The notes under the pieces are model-generated. The model saw only the letters and a program-made list of their open reading frames with translations, made no database searches and was not told the DNA's origin. The translations under genes were made by a program, and so were the position numbers. A stretch of DNA of 64,000 nt, from positions 32,001-96,000 of the IMG/VR virus record IMGVR_UViG_3300042503_000838, one strand, 5' to 3'. Positions 8,810-17,916 of this stretch are shown piece by piece. Positions within the stretch are counted from its first letter, which is position 1. Every line of letters starts with the position of its first letter. The stretch is from a virus.

Positions 8810-9904
8810 CTACACGCCCTCAAGGGCTGCAACTTTGGCTTCGATGGTTTCGATCTTGGCGATGGCTTCTTGGAGCGCTTTCACCAACCGTGCCTCTGTT
8901 TTGCTCCAACCAGTAACGGTAAGCATGTCGTCGGTACCCTGGGCAACAGCGTCTGGATATACCTGCTCCATCTCCTGCGCAATAAAACCAATTTGATGAC
9001 CACTACCATCTTTGTAATCAAATTCAACTGGCCTTAAGCTGCAGATATTTTGTAGTTGTGAAGGGATGTCGACGATATTTTCTTTCAACCTGGCATCTGA
9101 AAAACTTCCAAATGCGGCGGCGCCACTACCATTCGCGTTAATTTGCCCGCTGCCACCAGTGCCGTTGTTGATGTAGAAACGCTGGAAGATCTGCGCAGTT
9201 GTGGAGTTGTTGTCAAACTTAGATATAGCAATTCCTTCAAGAATGGCATCGCCGGCTCCGCTTCCAGAGAACAAAGCTATTCGCTGTGATGTTTCAGCAG
9301 GTATATTTGCGGAAACAAACAACTTGCCAGTGCTGATATTTGTGCCTCCAATAAGCAGCGCACCGGTGCTAGTCAACCTCATCCGCTCCGTCGGACTAGC
9401 CGCGCCGTCTGCAGTAGTGGAGAACACTAGGCGGCCTGGCATGTCACCAGATGCGCCAGGGGTGCCGTCTACAAAAGCAACAATGCTTGCTGCTTGATCA
9501 AAGCTCGTGCCATTGGCGCCACTAAAAGAAATAGCTCCAAGTGCATCTCCGCTGGCAACAATTGTGTTCGTTCCTTTCGTTGCAGACTTGGACCGGCCTA
9601 GGACGATGCCAGCCGGGTCGCCAGCGACAGAGGAGTATCTTGTAGCAGTGATATAAGAATCCGCTGAAGTGCCAACAATCTGCAACGCACCGTCTAGGAG
9701 GTTGTTAACGCTAGTAGACGTGCCAACTAAGAGCCTGCCACTGGCATCCGTCCGCCATCTCTCTGTACCACCCGTACTAGCGATAATGACATCACTCCCA
9801 AAGCTGATGCCGGTGTTGGTATCTGTACCCTGCAGAGCTGGTGTAGCAGCTGAACCGTCTACACCGGAGATGCCAGATGTACCGTTGATGTAAAGAGGTG
9901 CCAT
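8810..9904 (-). CDS. Tail fibre with C-terminal intramolecular chaperone (peptidase S74-like); likely start MAPLYING at 9904
   Basis: FSTTADGAASPTERMRL fibre repeat; SDARLKENI...LRPVEFDY...GFIAQE chaperone motif. Confidence 0.85.
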   Translation of the reverse strand: MAPLYINGTSGISGVDGSAATPALQGTDTNTGISFGSDVIIASTGGTERWRTDASGRLLVGTSTSVNNLLDGALQIVGTSADSYITATRYSSVAGDPAGIVLGRSKSATKGTNTIVASGDALGAISFSGANGTSFDQAASIVAFVDGTPGASGDMPGRLVFSTTADGAASPTERMRLTSTGALLIGGTNISTGKLFVSANIPAETSQRIALFSGSGAGDAILEGIAISKFDNNSTTAQIFQRFYINNGTGGSGQINANGSGAAAFGSFSDARLKENIVDIPSQLQNICSLRPVEFDYKDGSGHQIGFIAQEMEQVYPDAVAQGTDDMLTVTGWSKTEARLVKALQEAIAKIETIEAKVAALEGV

Positions 9905-9905
9905 G

Positions 9906-10571
9906 TCAAACAATGCTCCAAGTTGAGCCAGCGGGAACTGTGACAACAGCGCCTGCTTGAATAGTGAGGGGGCCCGCTGAAATAACGTTCTTCCCGGTGC
10001 TGATGGTATAACTCTGAGTAATGGTATTGTCGTGCTCTACTGCCCAACGGTCTGAGCCACCACCCGTAGCACCACCGCCTAGTTGACTCCAAGTACCTTG
10101 ACCGTAACCTTCGTATTGAAGATTAGTGGTGTTGTAACGAATATAACCAGTTGCAACAGGAGAAGGTCGTTGGGCAGTAGTGCCAACAGGAACTTTTAAG
10201 AAACCAGAGCCATTGACGTTAACGCTATCAGGAAAGGTGAAGACACCACTGGTAGCGATAGAAGCAGGGATGATGGTGCCATCACTGGGGCGCCCAATAG
10301 CTTGCATGTCGCCAAAGACGACACAGAAGAAGGTAGTACCAGTAATTGGCGGGGTGGTGAATGTAATCCCAGAGCCAGAGATTGTAAAATCAACCTCTGG
10401 TTCTTGGATAACACCACCCAAGGACAGCATTAAGTTGCGTGCCGTACCAGGTAAAACACCTTGTCCACCTGCTGCCAGGGTAAAGCCACTGGCTGTTCCG
10501 TTAAAACCACCAGAGATTTGGTCGATTTTAATATAACGACCAACTACAGGTTGTTGACCAATGTAGCTCAA
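9906..10571 (-). CDS. Tail fibre / virion structural protein
   Basis: SLGGVIQEP...FTISGSGITF, VPVGTTAQRP..GYIRYNTT..YEGY, and ISTGKNVISAGPLTI..G..VTVP.GSTWSIV motifs typical of cyanophage fibres. Confidence 0.8.
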   Translation of the reverse strand: MSYIGQQPVVGRYIKIDQISGGFNGTASGFTLAAGGQGVLPGTARNLMLSLGGVIQEPEVDFTISGSGITFTTPPITGTTFFCVVFGDMQAIGRPSDGTIIPASIATSGVFTFPDSVNVNGSGFLKVPVGTTAQRPSPVATGYIRYNTTNLQYEGYGQGTWSQLGGGATGGGSDRWAVEHDNTITQSYTISTGKNVISAGPLTIQAGAVVTVPAGSTWSIV

Positions 10572-10602
10572 CTTTACCCTACGCGCTTGTTTCTATTTTA
10601 GA

Positions 10603-10788
10603 TCATTCAGACTTAGCCTCGGCTTCCTCTTCTTGCAGTTGCTTCAAAGCATTGAGTGCACCTTGAAGAGAAAGGGCTTTCTCCTTGGCTGCATTCTGGA
10701 CCTGAAGTGCTTGGTTGTGTTGTTCCACAACTTCTTCCAGTTCCTTGTAGAGGGTATCAATCTTTTCTTGAATCGAGGCCATGGTCAA
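10603..10788 (-). CDS. Small coiled-coil protein
   Basis: ORF track; heptad helix. Confidence 0.6.
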   Translation of the reverse strand: MTMASIQEKIDTLYKELEEVVEQHNQALQVQNAAKEKALSLQGALNALKQLQEEEAEAKSE

Positions 10789-10835
10789 TAAATAAGCTGA
10801 TCAAATTATAGATTAATTATCAGCTCAAGGGGGGT

Positions 10836-11069
10836 TTAAGCAAGCCCAAACAATTCTTTAAGTTCTGCCACAGTCAGCCCAGCAGCTTCAAGTTTCTGCT
10901 CGGTGGTTAGCACGGGAGCCGGTGCAGGCTCAGGGGCAGGCTCGGGCATATTACCAGCCTCGACCCACTCCAGATAGGCCTGGTAGTCGGTGTTGGCAGG
11001 GTCGGGTGGGATGAAGGCGTTGTCGGTGAGGCGGAGGATGCAGTCGGAAGTGGTGAGTTGGTAGGTCAT
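10836..11069 (-). CDS. Tail-fibre-associated small protein (assembly chaperone-like)
   Basis: FIPPDPANTDYQAYLEWVEAGN.PEPA motif, typically found right after fibre genes. Confidence 0.75.
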   Translation of the reverse strand: MTYQLTTSDCILRLTDNAFIPPDPANTDYQAYLEWVEAGNMPEPAPEPAPAPVLTTEQKLEAAGLTVAELKELFGLA

Positions 11070-11072
11070 GGG

Positions 11073-12137
11073 TTACAGCTCGGCGGAGGCGGCAAAAAAG
11101 AAAGCATTGGTATTCGTGAAACTGGCGTAAAACCCAAACGAACCACTTTGTAAATCCGTAAATGTTCCAAGTGTTAGCGTTAGCGAAACTGTTGCCGACG
11201 CACGTTTTGTGACCTTAAACGGTACATGGGCGTAGCTACCGCCGTTAGCAACAGTTTGATTCACGCCGGAATTAGTTTCGTAATATCTCTGACACAACGC
11301 CAGCTCCTGCCCGTAGCTCCTGCGCTCAAAAGGAGTGGCTACTGTGCCCGCTTCGAGTTGCACGCCGGTGATGTAGAAGGTGGCGCCGTTGGTTGCCAAC
11401 AGTGAAGTAACACCACTGAAAGCACCTCGTCCACCTCCACTAGCACCCCATGCATTAGTGGACTGATGCCAGTCAGAGCCAGATCCAATGTTAAATGTCA
11501 GGCGGAGTCCAGTAGTGTTGTCAGTCGCCCATGTCCCAGTGATATCTCCTGGGATAACAATCGTCTTGTACTCCCACGTGTTTGCGGCAGCAATAGAGTA
11601 AGGGGCCGCATAAGACCTTGAGGCAGCATTATTAGCAAGGCCAACGCCAAAAGATCCAGTCAGGGAACTCCTAACCCAGAATGACAACGTAACTGTCTGC
11701 GCAGAAGCCGTGCCCCAACCAAAATCGGCTACATTAAATCCTTCAATGTATTGACTAAAAAACTTGGAGTCTGCTGCTGAAGGGGCGGAGCTTGTTGTAG
11801 TGGTAATAAGCGTTGAATTTGTAAATAGAGCGGGGGATAGCGCTGATCTCTGTGCTGTGAATGCTGATGAACCACCTATGTTCTGAGCAAAAAACCTATC
11901 AAGAAAGTAGAGACTACCATTCCCTACACCTACGGTTACACTCGCCCCAGCGTTCCTTTGATCAATCCGCATATCACCGTTGATAATGCGATTACGGGCA
12001 CCAGCAAGCGGCCCGCCGTTGATGCTGCTAACTGTCGGAGCAATTGGCGACGCTAACTTTTCTGTTGTTACTGCACCATTATTGATGTTGTTGGTATTGA
12101 CATCAAAAGAGCTAGTTGTATTACCAATGTATGGCAT
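11073..12137 (-). CDS. Tail fibre / carbohydrate-binding structural protein
   Basis: GPLAGARNRIINGDMRIDQRN, TLSFWVRSS, GVQLEAGTVATPFERRSYGQELALCQRYY. Confidence 0.8.
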   Translation of the reverse strand: MPYIGNTTSSFDVNTNNINNGAVTTEKLASPIAPTVSSINGGPLAGARNRIINGDMRIDQRNAGASVTVGVGNGSLYFLDRFFAQNIGGSSAFTAQRSALSPALFTNSTLITTTTSSAPSAADSKFFSQYIEGFNVADFGWGTASAQTVTLSFWVRSSLTGSFGVGLANNAASRSYAAPYSIAAANTWEYKTIVIPGDITGTWATDNTTGLRLTFNIGSGSDWHQSTNAWGASGGGRGAFSGVTSLLATNGATFYITGVQLEAGTVATPFERRSYGQELALCQRYYETNSGVNQTVANGGSYAHVPFKVTKRASATVSLTLTLGTFTDLQSGSFGFYASFTNTNAFFFAASAEL

Positions 12138-12139
12138 GA

Positions 12140-12511
12140 TCAGATCGTATTATCTTGAGGGTTCAACATGTACGAAACAGTAACGTCAATGGCGCTACCA
12201 GTGCCAGCATAAGCTCGGATCACGTCTTCTGATTGAATGATAACCTTATTACCGGTCATGAATTCAAGAGAAGACTGGTTTGGTACAGTGCCAGAGGTAA
12301 CGAGCGATCCCGTGGGGGTACCGCCTGACTTAATTAACTGTACAGTAACGTTCTGAGAGTTGGCCGTAGTGTTGGAAGCCAAGATGCTCAAGATAACGCC
12401 ATAGGTGCCAGCGGGTACACCACTTGCGTTTGACGTGCCAGAAATAATTACAGTTGGAGACGCAACTCCACTAGCAATATTGGATCTAACAACAGAAATA
12501 AAACGAGCCAT
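12140..12511 (-). CDS. Small beta-rich virion protein
   Basis: ORF track; K..IQSED.IRAY...IDVTVSY pattern in the tail cluster. Confidence 0.65.
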   Translation of the reverse strand: MARFISVVRSNIASGVASPTVIISGTSNASGVPAGTYGVILSILASNTTANSQNVTVQLIKSGGTPTGSLVTSGTVPNQSSLEFMTGNKVIIQSEDVIRAYAGTGSAIDVTVSYMLNPQDNTI

Positions 12512-12553
12512 TTATTTGCAGTTATCAGTACAGTTTTCTTAATTATAAGGTCT

Positions 12554-14005
12554 TCAACCTAGGGCAATGGCAAACACAATCGCAGCATTGTCTGCATATG
12601 GTTGCGTTGCAACTGTTTGACCACTAAAAGTAAGGCCAGAAGTAAACGCTCCGCTCACACCAGTTAAAGTCTGAAATAAACCAGTGGCTCCAGTAATTGT
12701 GGTGAAGTTGCCGGTAGTAGAGGTAAAGGTGTTACCCGTCAGCGAAATAAATGTACCAATAGTTGCCGCAACTGTATTGCCGCTAACCGTTAAGCCACTA
12801 ACAAGCGTGGTACCAACAACGGTTACACCCGTTAAAGAGGTAAATGCCCCACTGGCGCCTGTGATTGTCGTGCCTGAAACTTGTGCAGTGAATACACCAG
12901 AGACACCGGTAATATTCGTAAACGCTGCATTGGTACCCGTAACGGTTGTACCCGATATGCGGCTGGTAAATACACCGGAAACACCTGTGACACTGGTAGC
13001 TAATACAGTGTCACCAGTTACGGTAGTCCCTGACAAGTTGGTGTAAACACCGGATACGCCAGTAATTACTGCAAAACGACCCGCGTCTCCAGTAATTACA
13101 GCACCTGATAAAACCTGTGAAAATACACCGGAAATACCACTAACAGAACCAAAAGAACCTACGTTACCTGTAACGGTTGCACCCGATACTCGAGTTGTAA
13201 AAGTCCCAGAAACACCAGTAATTGATGTGGCGTTAACAGTTGATCCAGTAATGGATGCACCTGATAACGTACTTGTAAAAACACCCGTTACACCAGTAAC
13301 AGTTGTAAATTGTGCCGTGGTCCCAGTAACAGTTGTTCCTGATAATGTTCCGGTGACTTGTACGCCAGATGCAAATTGAGCAAGACCGGTAACGGTCAAG
13401 CCACTTGCAACGGACAGGTTACCGTTTACGTTCAGGACGGGAGTTACAAGCGTTCCGAAAATACCACTGATACCTTCGACCAAACCACCTGTAATCGTGG
13501 CGCCGCTTAAAAAACTAAACTGTCCAGATGTTGCCTGTAACGTATTACCAGTAATCGTTGCACCCGAAAGACTGGTGCTGAAGTTACCGCTTACAAAATT
13601 TGAAGTGGCACCGGTAACCGTGGTGAATGTACCTGTTACCGAATTGATTGTTGTGGATTGAATTGCCTGACCAGTAATTGTTTGCCCGCTGATCGTGCCA
13701 CTTGTGGTTAAATTGTTTTGAACAATAACGCCACTAAAGGTCGCAAGGCCACCACCTGCAATTGTATTAACAACGGTAGCGCCTGTTACAGTTAAATTCC
13801 CTAGTATCGAGACATTCCCTGTAACAGTGCCACCAGTGGTTGTTATATATTTGGTTGTAAGGTAATCCCTAAAACCAGAAATTGTAATTTTCTTGTTTTT
13901 AAGTGCGGGGTCCACCTCCGCAATGTGGACCATCGTCAGCAGATCCTGCTCAGCTACATCAGCTCCAGCTAAAGCTGGAAGTTCTGTAATACGACGATTT
14001 GCCAC
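12554..14005 (-). CDS. Long Thr/Gly/Ser-rich tail fibre with ~26-aa beta-helix-like repeats
   Basis: MANRRITELP N-terminus; repeats such as SGTTVTGTTAQFTTVTGVTGVFTSTL; AIVFAIALG C-terminus; GTG start with AGGAG SD. Confidence 0.8.
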   Translation of the reverse strand: MANRRITELPALAGADVAEQDLLTMVHIAEVDPALKNKKITISGFRDYLTTKYITTTGGTVTGNVSILGNLTVTGATVVNTIAGGGLATFSGVIVQNNLTTSGTISGQTITGQAIQSTTINSVTGTFTTVTGATSNFVSGNFSTSLSGATITGNTLQATSGQFSFLSGATITGGLVEGISGIFGTLVTPVLNVNGNLSVASGLTVTGLAQFASGVQVTGTLSGTTVTGTTAQFTTVTGVTGVFTSTLSGASITGSTVNATSITGVSGTFTTRVSGATVTGNVGSFGSVSGISGVFSQVLSGAVITGDAGRFAVITGVSGVYTNLSGTTVTGDTVLATSVTGVSGVFTSRISGTTVTGTNAAFTNITGVSGVFTAQVSGTTITGASGAFTSLTGVTVVGTTLVSGLTVSGNTVAATIGTFISLTGNTFTSTTGNFTTITGATGLFQTLTGVSGAFTSGLTFSGQTVATQPYADNAAIVFAIALG

Positions 14006-14032
14006 TGTATACGCACAGGTACTCCTAAATCA

Positions 14033-14038
14033 ATTATA
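14033..14038 (-). promoter_or_regulatory. TATAAT -10 box (example of the gene-by-gene late promoters)
   Basis: 28 nt upstream of the GTG at 14005; the same arrangement recurs before many late genes. Confidence 0.55.
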
Positions 14039-14058
14039 GTTTCTCTGAGCCTAGTAAA

Positions 14059-14376
14059 TTACTTAACCTTGATCTCAAGGCGTGGTAAGAAAGTTGAGGC
14101 AAAGTTCCATGTGGCCTGGACTCCGGTAACAATACCGCACGAGATGAGGAATACCAACAGCAGCTCTGCCACCGTCAAGTTGCGTCGCACATAAACAACC
14201 TGCGGCCTTTGCTGGGGAATAGCAGCTTGTTGTGCCAGGGTTTGCTGGATCGCCAAGTCACGAGCCCTTGTCTTCATCTCTGCCAATTGCTCGGCAGTAA
14301 CCTGACTGGGAATCGGTTGCTGACTGGGAGTTACCTGCTCTTCCATGATGCAAATGCTTTCCCCACACACTAGCAT
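14059..14376 (-). CDS. Hypothetical membrane protein
   Basis: Gln/Pro-rich N-terminus plus TM helix ELLLVFLISCGIVTGV. Confidence 0.65.
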   Translation of the reverse strand: MLVCGESICIMEEQVTPSQQPIPSQVTAEQLAEMKTRARDLAIQQTLAQQAAIPQQRPQVVYVRRNLTVAELLLVFLISCGIVTGVQATWNFASTFLPRLEIKVK

Positions 14377-14397
14377 CTACTTAAAGATTATTGACGT

Positions 14398-14814
14398 ATG
14401 ACCCACGGTATTAGAAAAGGCCTTGAAGACATTGCGTGGGAACTGAAAGGGATTCGAAATATCCTTGCGTCCCTATGGCACAGTCGCTATTCCACTGGAG
14501 AAACAGACATGTTGAATCCAGAGGCATACGCTGATGAATACATTTCTACAGAGGAGTGTGCAAGGCGCCTAAACGTATCTGATCAAACGATTAGGAACTG
14601 GATTACCGTTGGCAAGAAAAATGTGGATAAAGGGTGGGAAGAGGGCATTCATTATATAAACATCGCTCCTGGCGACATGAAAAAACCGGTAATCCGGATT
14701 CCTTGGAACCATCTGATCCAGGCGTTTGCAAAGAATAAAAAAATCGACATTTTGGATCTACGCAAAGACGCACGCTTGTACCAGATCCCTGAACGCTTTA
14801 AGGAGTTTCAGTGA
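14398..14814 (+). CDS. Helix-turn-helix (excisionase/MerR-like) DNA-binding protein
   Basis: YISTEECARRLNVSDQTIRNWI. Confidence 0.75.
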   Translation: MTHGIRKGLEDIAWELKGIRNILASLWHSRYSTGETDMLNPEAYADEYISTEECARRLNVSDQTIRNWITVGKKNVDKGWEEGIHYINIAPGDMKKPVIRIPWNHLIQAFAKNKKIDILDLRKDARLYQIPERFKEFQ

Positions 14815-15272
14815 TGGCCCACCGCTTTGCCAATGTTGACATCAAGAAAGTTACGGTTGCAAACCATGTAGAGGTTTTGCCCGAATCTTTGGTTAATCAG
14901 GTTGCAATCTTCTTGCCTCCCGAGGGCTCATTCGATGACAAGTGTCTAAGAAGGTACCTGGAGATCTTAAAAAACTATGAAGAAGAAGATGAGAATTCAA
15001 ACATGACCCTTGCCAATCGCTTGCGCATGGCATTTAGGGACATGGCTCCAGATACAATTTGCGGTAAATTTCCACTGGCTGAACTGCCTTTGAAACGCAG
15101 GCTTCGTTGTGTGGCTGAATACCTTATCCGTTCAGGAGAATTTGACAAATTACGTGACGAACGGGGTAAGCTGGTAAAAAAACGTGGCATCCTTGGAAAG
15201 CTTGTCGTAATTTACAAGCCTTTGCCCAAGCTTATTGATGCACTTTCTCGCCAAGGATTGATTAAACCATGA
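14811..15272 (+). CDS. Hypothetical protein
   Basis: ORF track; operonic overlap. Confidence 0.7.
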   Translation: MMAHRFANVDIKKVTVANHVEVLPESLVNQVAIFLPPEGSFDDKCLRRYLEILKNYEEEDENSNMTLANRLRMAFRDMAPDTICGKFPLAELPLKRRLRCVAEYLIRSGEFDKLRDERGKLVKKRGILGKLVVIYKPLPKLIDALSRQGLIKP

Positions 15273-15655
15273 ATCGCCGTGAAAAATTAATTGCTTCAGT
15301 CATTGGCCTGGAAGCTGACAATACAAAGGCCAAGATGCTTGATGCCACCATCAAGTTAATTCTTGGTGACTTAGGACAACAGTATTGCAAATTTTGGGAT
15401 ACCGAGGGTCCTGGCGTAATGGTGTTCCAGCCCCAGGACAAATCCCGTTCTATGTTCTTTTTGACCCTCAAGGAAATTCACTCTGCCCAAGAGGAGTGCG
15501 AACGTGAACATGATGGCGACATGGCCGAAAGCTTTAGACGCATTCTCGCAGCTGCACAAAAAATTAACCCATTAGAAAAAGCTGGTTACATCATTAACGA
15601 CAAGGACGGCATGCGTTACTTTGAAGTTGATTACCAGAAAACTGCAGAGAGCTGA
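15269..15655 (+). CDS. Hypothetical protein
   Basis: ORF track; operonic overlap. Confidence 0.7.
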   Translation: MNRREKLIASVIGLEADNTKAKMLDATIKLILGDLGQQYCKFWDTEGPGVMVFQPQDKSRSMFFLTLKEIHSAQEECEREHDGDMAESFRRILAAAQKINPLEKAGYIINDKDGMRYFEVDYQKTAES

Positions 15656-16242
15656 TGGGGAAAACATTCCGCCCTGGCTACACAGAAAACAATGAGCTGA
15701 TCACAAGCCCAGACCTGGTGGCATCAGCACATGCCCTGATGGGTGGCATTGATCTTGATGTAGCAAGCTCCAAGATCGCAAATGAGCATGTACAGGCGAC
15801 ACAATTTTTCACCCCTAGCGACGACGGACTAAATGCCCAGCAATGGCATGGGAATGCATATCTATTCCCTCCCAACGGCACGTATTACTGGGACAAACCA
15901 AATGAACGCTGGAAGTTTACGCGAGGGTCTTCTCCTACTCTTAGGTCTTCACATGCTGTTTGGTTCAAACGCATGTACAACGCCTGGCTCAGTAAAGAAA
16001 TCAAGCAGGGCCTGTATTTTACCAACTGCCCTGACATGATTCGTTACGACCCACGAATCTTTAGTTTTCCTATATGTATCTTGCGGACTGCTCCAAAGCT
16101 GCTAAAGGTCGTTGGTGACGAAGTTAAACAACAATCCACGTGCACTTCACTTGTTGTGTACTTGCCTCCAGTGGACAGCTCTGGTGCTGCCGTAGAAAAG
16201 TTTATTGACTTATACGCCGAAAAAGGTCATATCCTTTCCTAG
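15655..16242 (+). CDS. Phage N6-adenine DNA methyltransferase-like protein with atypical catalytic motif (FPPN instead of NPPY)
   Basis: IDLDVASS...FFTPSDDGL..QWHG.AYLFPP follows the phage Dam-like layout. Confidence 0.6.
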   Translation: MGKTFRPGYTENNELITSPDLVASAHALMGGIDLDVASSKIANEHVQATQFFTPSDDGLNAQQWHGNAYLFPPNGTYYWDKPNERWKFTRGSSPTLRSSHAVWFKRMYNAWLSKEIKQGLYFTNCPDMIRYDPRIFSFPICILRTAPKLLKVVGDEVKQQSTCTSLVVYLPPVDSSGAAVEKFIDLYAEKGHILS

Positions 16243-16263
16243 GTTCCGTATACTGAAGAACGA

Positions 16264-16863
16264 TTGCTGACCATCATGAGCGTCCTTGCTGACTGGGAAA
16301 TCAAACAACTTGCTGAAGAGCATGAAATGATTTCACCTTTTGTTGATCGCCTAATCAGCAAGGAAGATGGCCGTAAGCTTTTGAGCTATGGCCTCAGCTC
16401 TTACGGTTACGACATCCGGCTTTCACCTAAGCAATGCTTAATTTTCGGTAAGATCCAAGCCGGTGACTGTGATCCCAAGGATTTTGATGAAAGCATCTTG
16501 AAGCCCGCCGAGCTACTAGAAGATGAGAAGGGAGAGTATTTCCTTCTCCCTCCTTACGGCTATTGCTTGGGCGTGGCAATGGAGCACATTAAGCTGCCTC
16601 GCGACGTGACCGTAGTAGCCGTTGGCAAATCTACGTATGCACGATCGGGTATCTTGGTAAATATTACGCCTGCAGAAGCTGCTTGGCAGGGTCACCTGAC
16701 ACTTGAGATCAGCAACTGCACCGGTTTGTTCAACCGCATCTACGCCAACGAAGGCATTACGCAGCTTTTGTTTTATCGTGGCGAGCCCTGCGAGACAAGT
16801 TATCAAGATCGCAAGGGTAAGTACCAGAACCAGCCCTATGAGGTTGTGTACAGCCAGGTCTAA
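16264..16863 (+). CDS. dcd: dCTP deaminase
   Basis: SYGLSSYGYDIRL, GKSTYARSG, TPAEAAWQGHLTLEISN, YANEGITQLLF, YQDRKGKYQNQ. Confidence 0.92.
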   Translation: MLTIMSVLADWEIKQLAEEHEMISPFVDRLISKEDGRKLLSYGLSSYGYDIRLSPKQCLIFGKIQAGDCDPKDFDESILKPAELLEDEKGEYFLLPPYGYCLGVAMEHIKLPRDVTVVAVGKSTYARSGILVNITPAEAAWQGHLTLEISNCTGLFNRIYANEGITQLLFYRGEPCETSYQDRKGKYQNQPYEVVYSQV

Positions 16864-17261
16864 ACAAACGGTTTGCCGAACTGTGGCTTAGGCTTACGGG
16901 CGTATCCGGTACTTCCGGAGCGCCCACCCGAATCTCCTAGGCTCGGCAGCACTGTCCCGTTGATAGACGCTTCCGACCGTGGCGTTTTACCTCGGATGCT
17001 CGGCTCATCAATACCAGCACTTTGCCGAAACTTGCCTGCGCTTTTGGCAGCACGCATGTACTTGGCAACACGATTTTGATTGTCGTTTAAGGATTCTGCT
17101 GAACCCCTTTCACTTTCGTCTACACGCCTGAGGTCAGTGTCATAAGCTTGCTCAGGACGCAAGTCTGATACCTCAGCCCCAGAAGTTCCTGATAGCTGGC
17201 GAGGGTCGTAATTAGAGTTAAATAAATCTGCCATAGTATGATTGTAGTAGGAATAAATCAA
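16860..17261 (-). CDS. Hypothetical protein
   Basis: ORF track; likely true start MADLF. Confidence 0.6.
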   Translation of the reverse strand: MIYSYYNHTMADLFNSNYDPRQLSGTSGAEVSDLRPEQAYDTDLRRVDESERGSAESLNDNQNRVAKYMRAAKSAGKFRQSAGIDEPSIRGKTPRSEASINGTVLPSLGDSGGRSGSTGYARKPKPQFGKPFV

Positions 17262-17275
17262 GCCCAGATACTACC

Positions 17276-17617
17276 ATGCATGGAGCCGCTGGTTTTTTAG
17301 ATAGCTTTGTTCAAGACGAACTGCAGTGTCGTTGTCTTGATGAAGATGATTTTGGCGCACCTCTCGCCAACGAAGAAAATGATGTACCCTTAATGGATAT
17401 GTACAACAGAGGGTTAACCTTATGTCAGGACGGAAGGGAACGGACAAACTTGGCACTCGAGGGGGGACGGCCTGGAGCAACGGGCTATATTCCAACAATG
17501 GAACAGGGTCTGGAGATGGGAGCATCACCGAAACCCAAAGCATTAGTGCTGGATCTGGGGAAGCCGAACGAGGAGCTGATGGAACAGTCTCGTCTTCGCC
17601 GTGGTTTGCGCCGATAA
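17276..17617 (+). CDS. Hypothetical protein
   Basis: ORF track; divergent from 17261. Confidence 0.65.
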   Translation: MHGAAGFLDSFVQDELQCRCLDEDDFGAPLANEENDVPLMDMYNRGLTLCQDGRERTNLALEGGRPGATGYIPTMEQGLEMGASPKPKALVLDLGKPNEELMEQSRLRRGLRR

Positions 17618-17916
17618 TTAGCGACTTGACTGAGTGTAAGGATGGTGTTTGCCCAGTTCCCTGGGCAACAAAAGAAACTGCTCCTGTGGTCCAGGAGGAT
17701 CTGGTGAATCATCCTTCACACTACACTGATGGTGGAATTGAATGCATCGATGCCATTGAAGCAGCTTTGACTGCCGAAGAATTTCGTGGTTACTGCAAAG
17801 GCAACAATTTAAAGTACACCTGGCGCGAACGCCACAAAGGCGGTACAGAATCACTGAAGAAAGCCCAGTGGTACCTGGACCGCCTTATTCAACTTGACGA
17901 AACTCAGAAAGGCTGA
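17422..17916 (+). CDS. DUF3310-type (SaV-like) protein with CKDGVCPVPW motif; start uncertain
   Basis: VNHPSHYTDGGIECIDAIEA...YCKGNNLKY.WR..HKGG.ESLKKAQWYL. Confidence 0.8.
   Translation: MSGRKGTDKLGTRGGTAWSNGLYSNNGTGSGDGSITETQSISAGSGEAERGADGTVSSSPWFAPIISDLTECKDGVCPVPWATKETAPVVQEDLVNHPSHYTDGGIECIDAIEAALTAEEFRGYCKGNNLKYTWRERHKGGTESLKKAQWYLDRLIQLDETQKG

Noticed and set aside
8810-14005. Diversity-generating retroelement target among the fibres
   Set aside because: No reverse transcriptase and no template/variable repeat pair seen.
14398-14814. Excisionase implying lysogeny or an att site
   Set aside because: No integrase or att-like tRNA duplication in the window; such HTH proteins are common in lytic phages.
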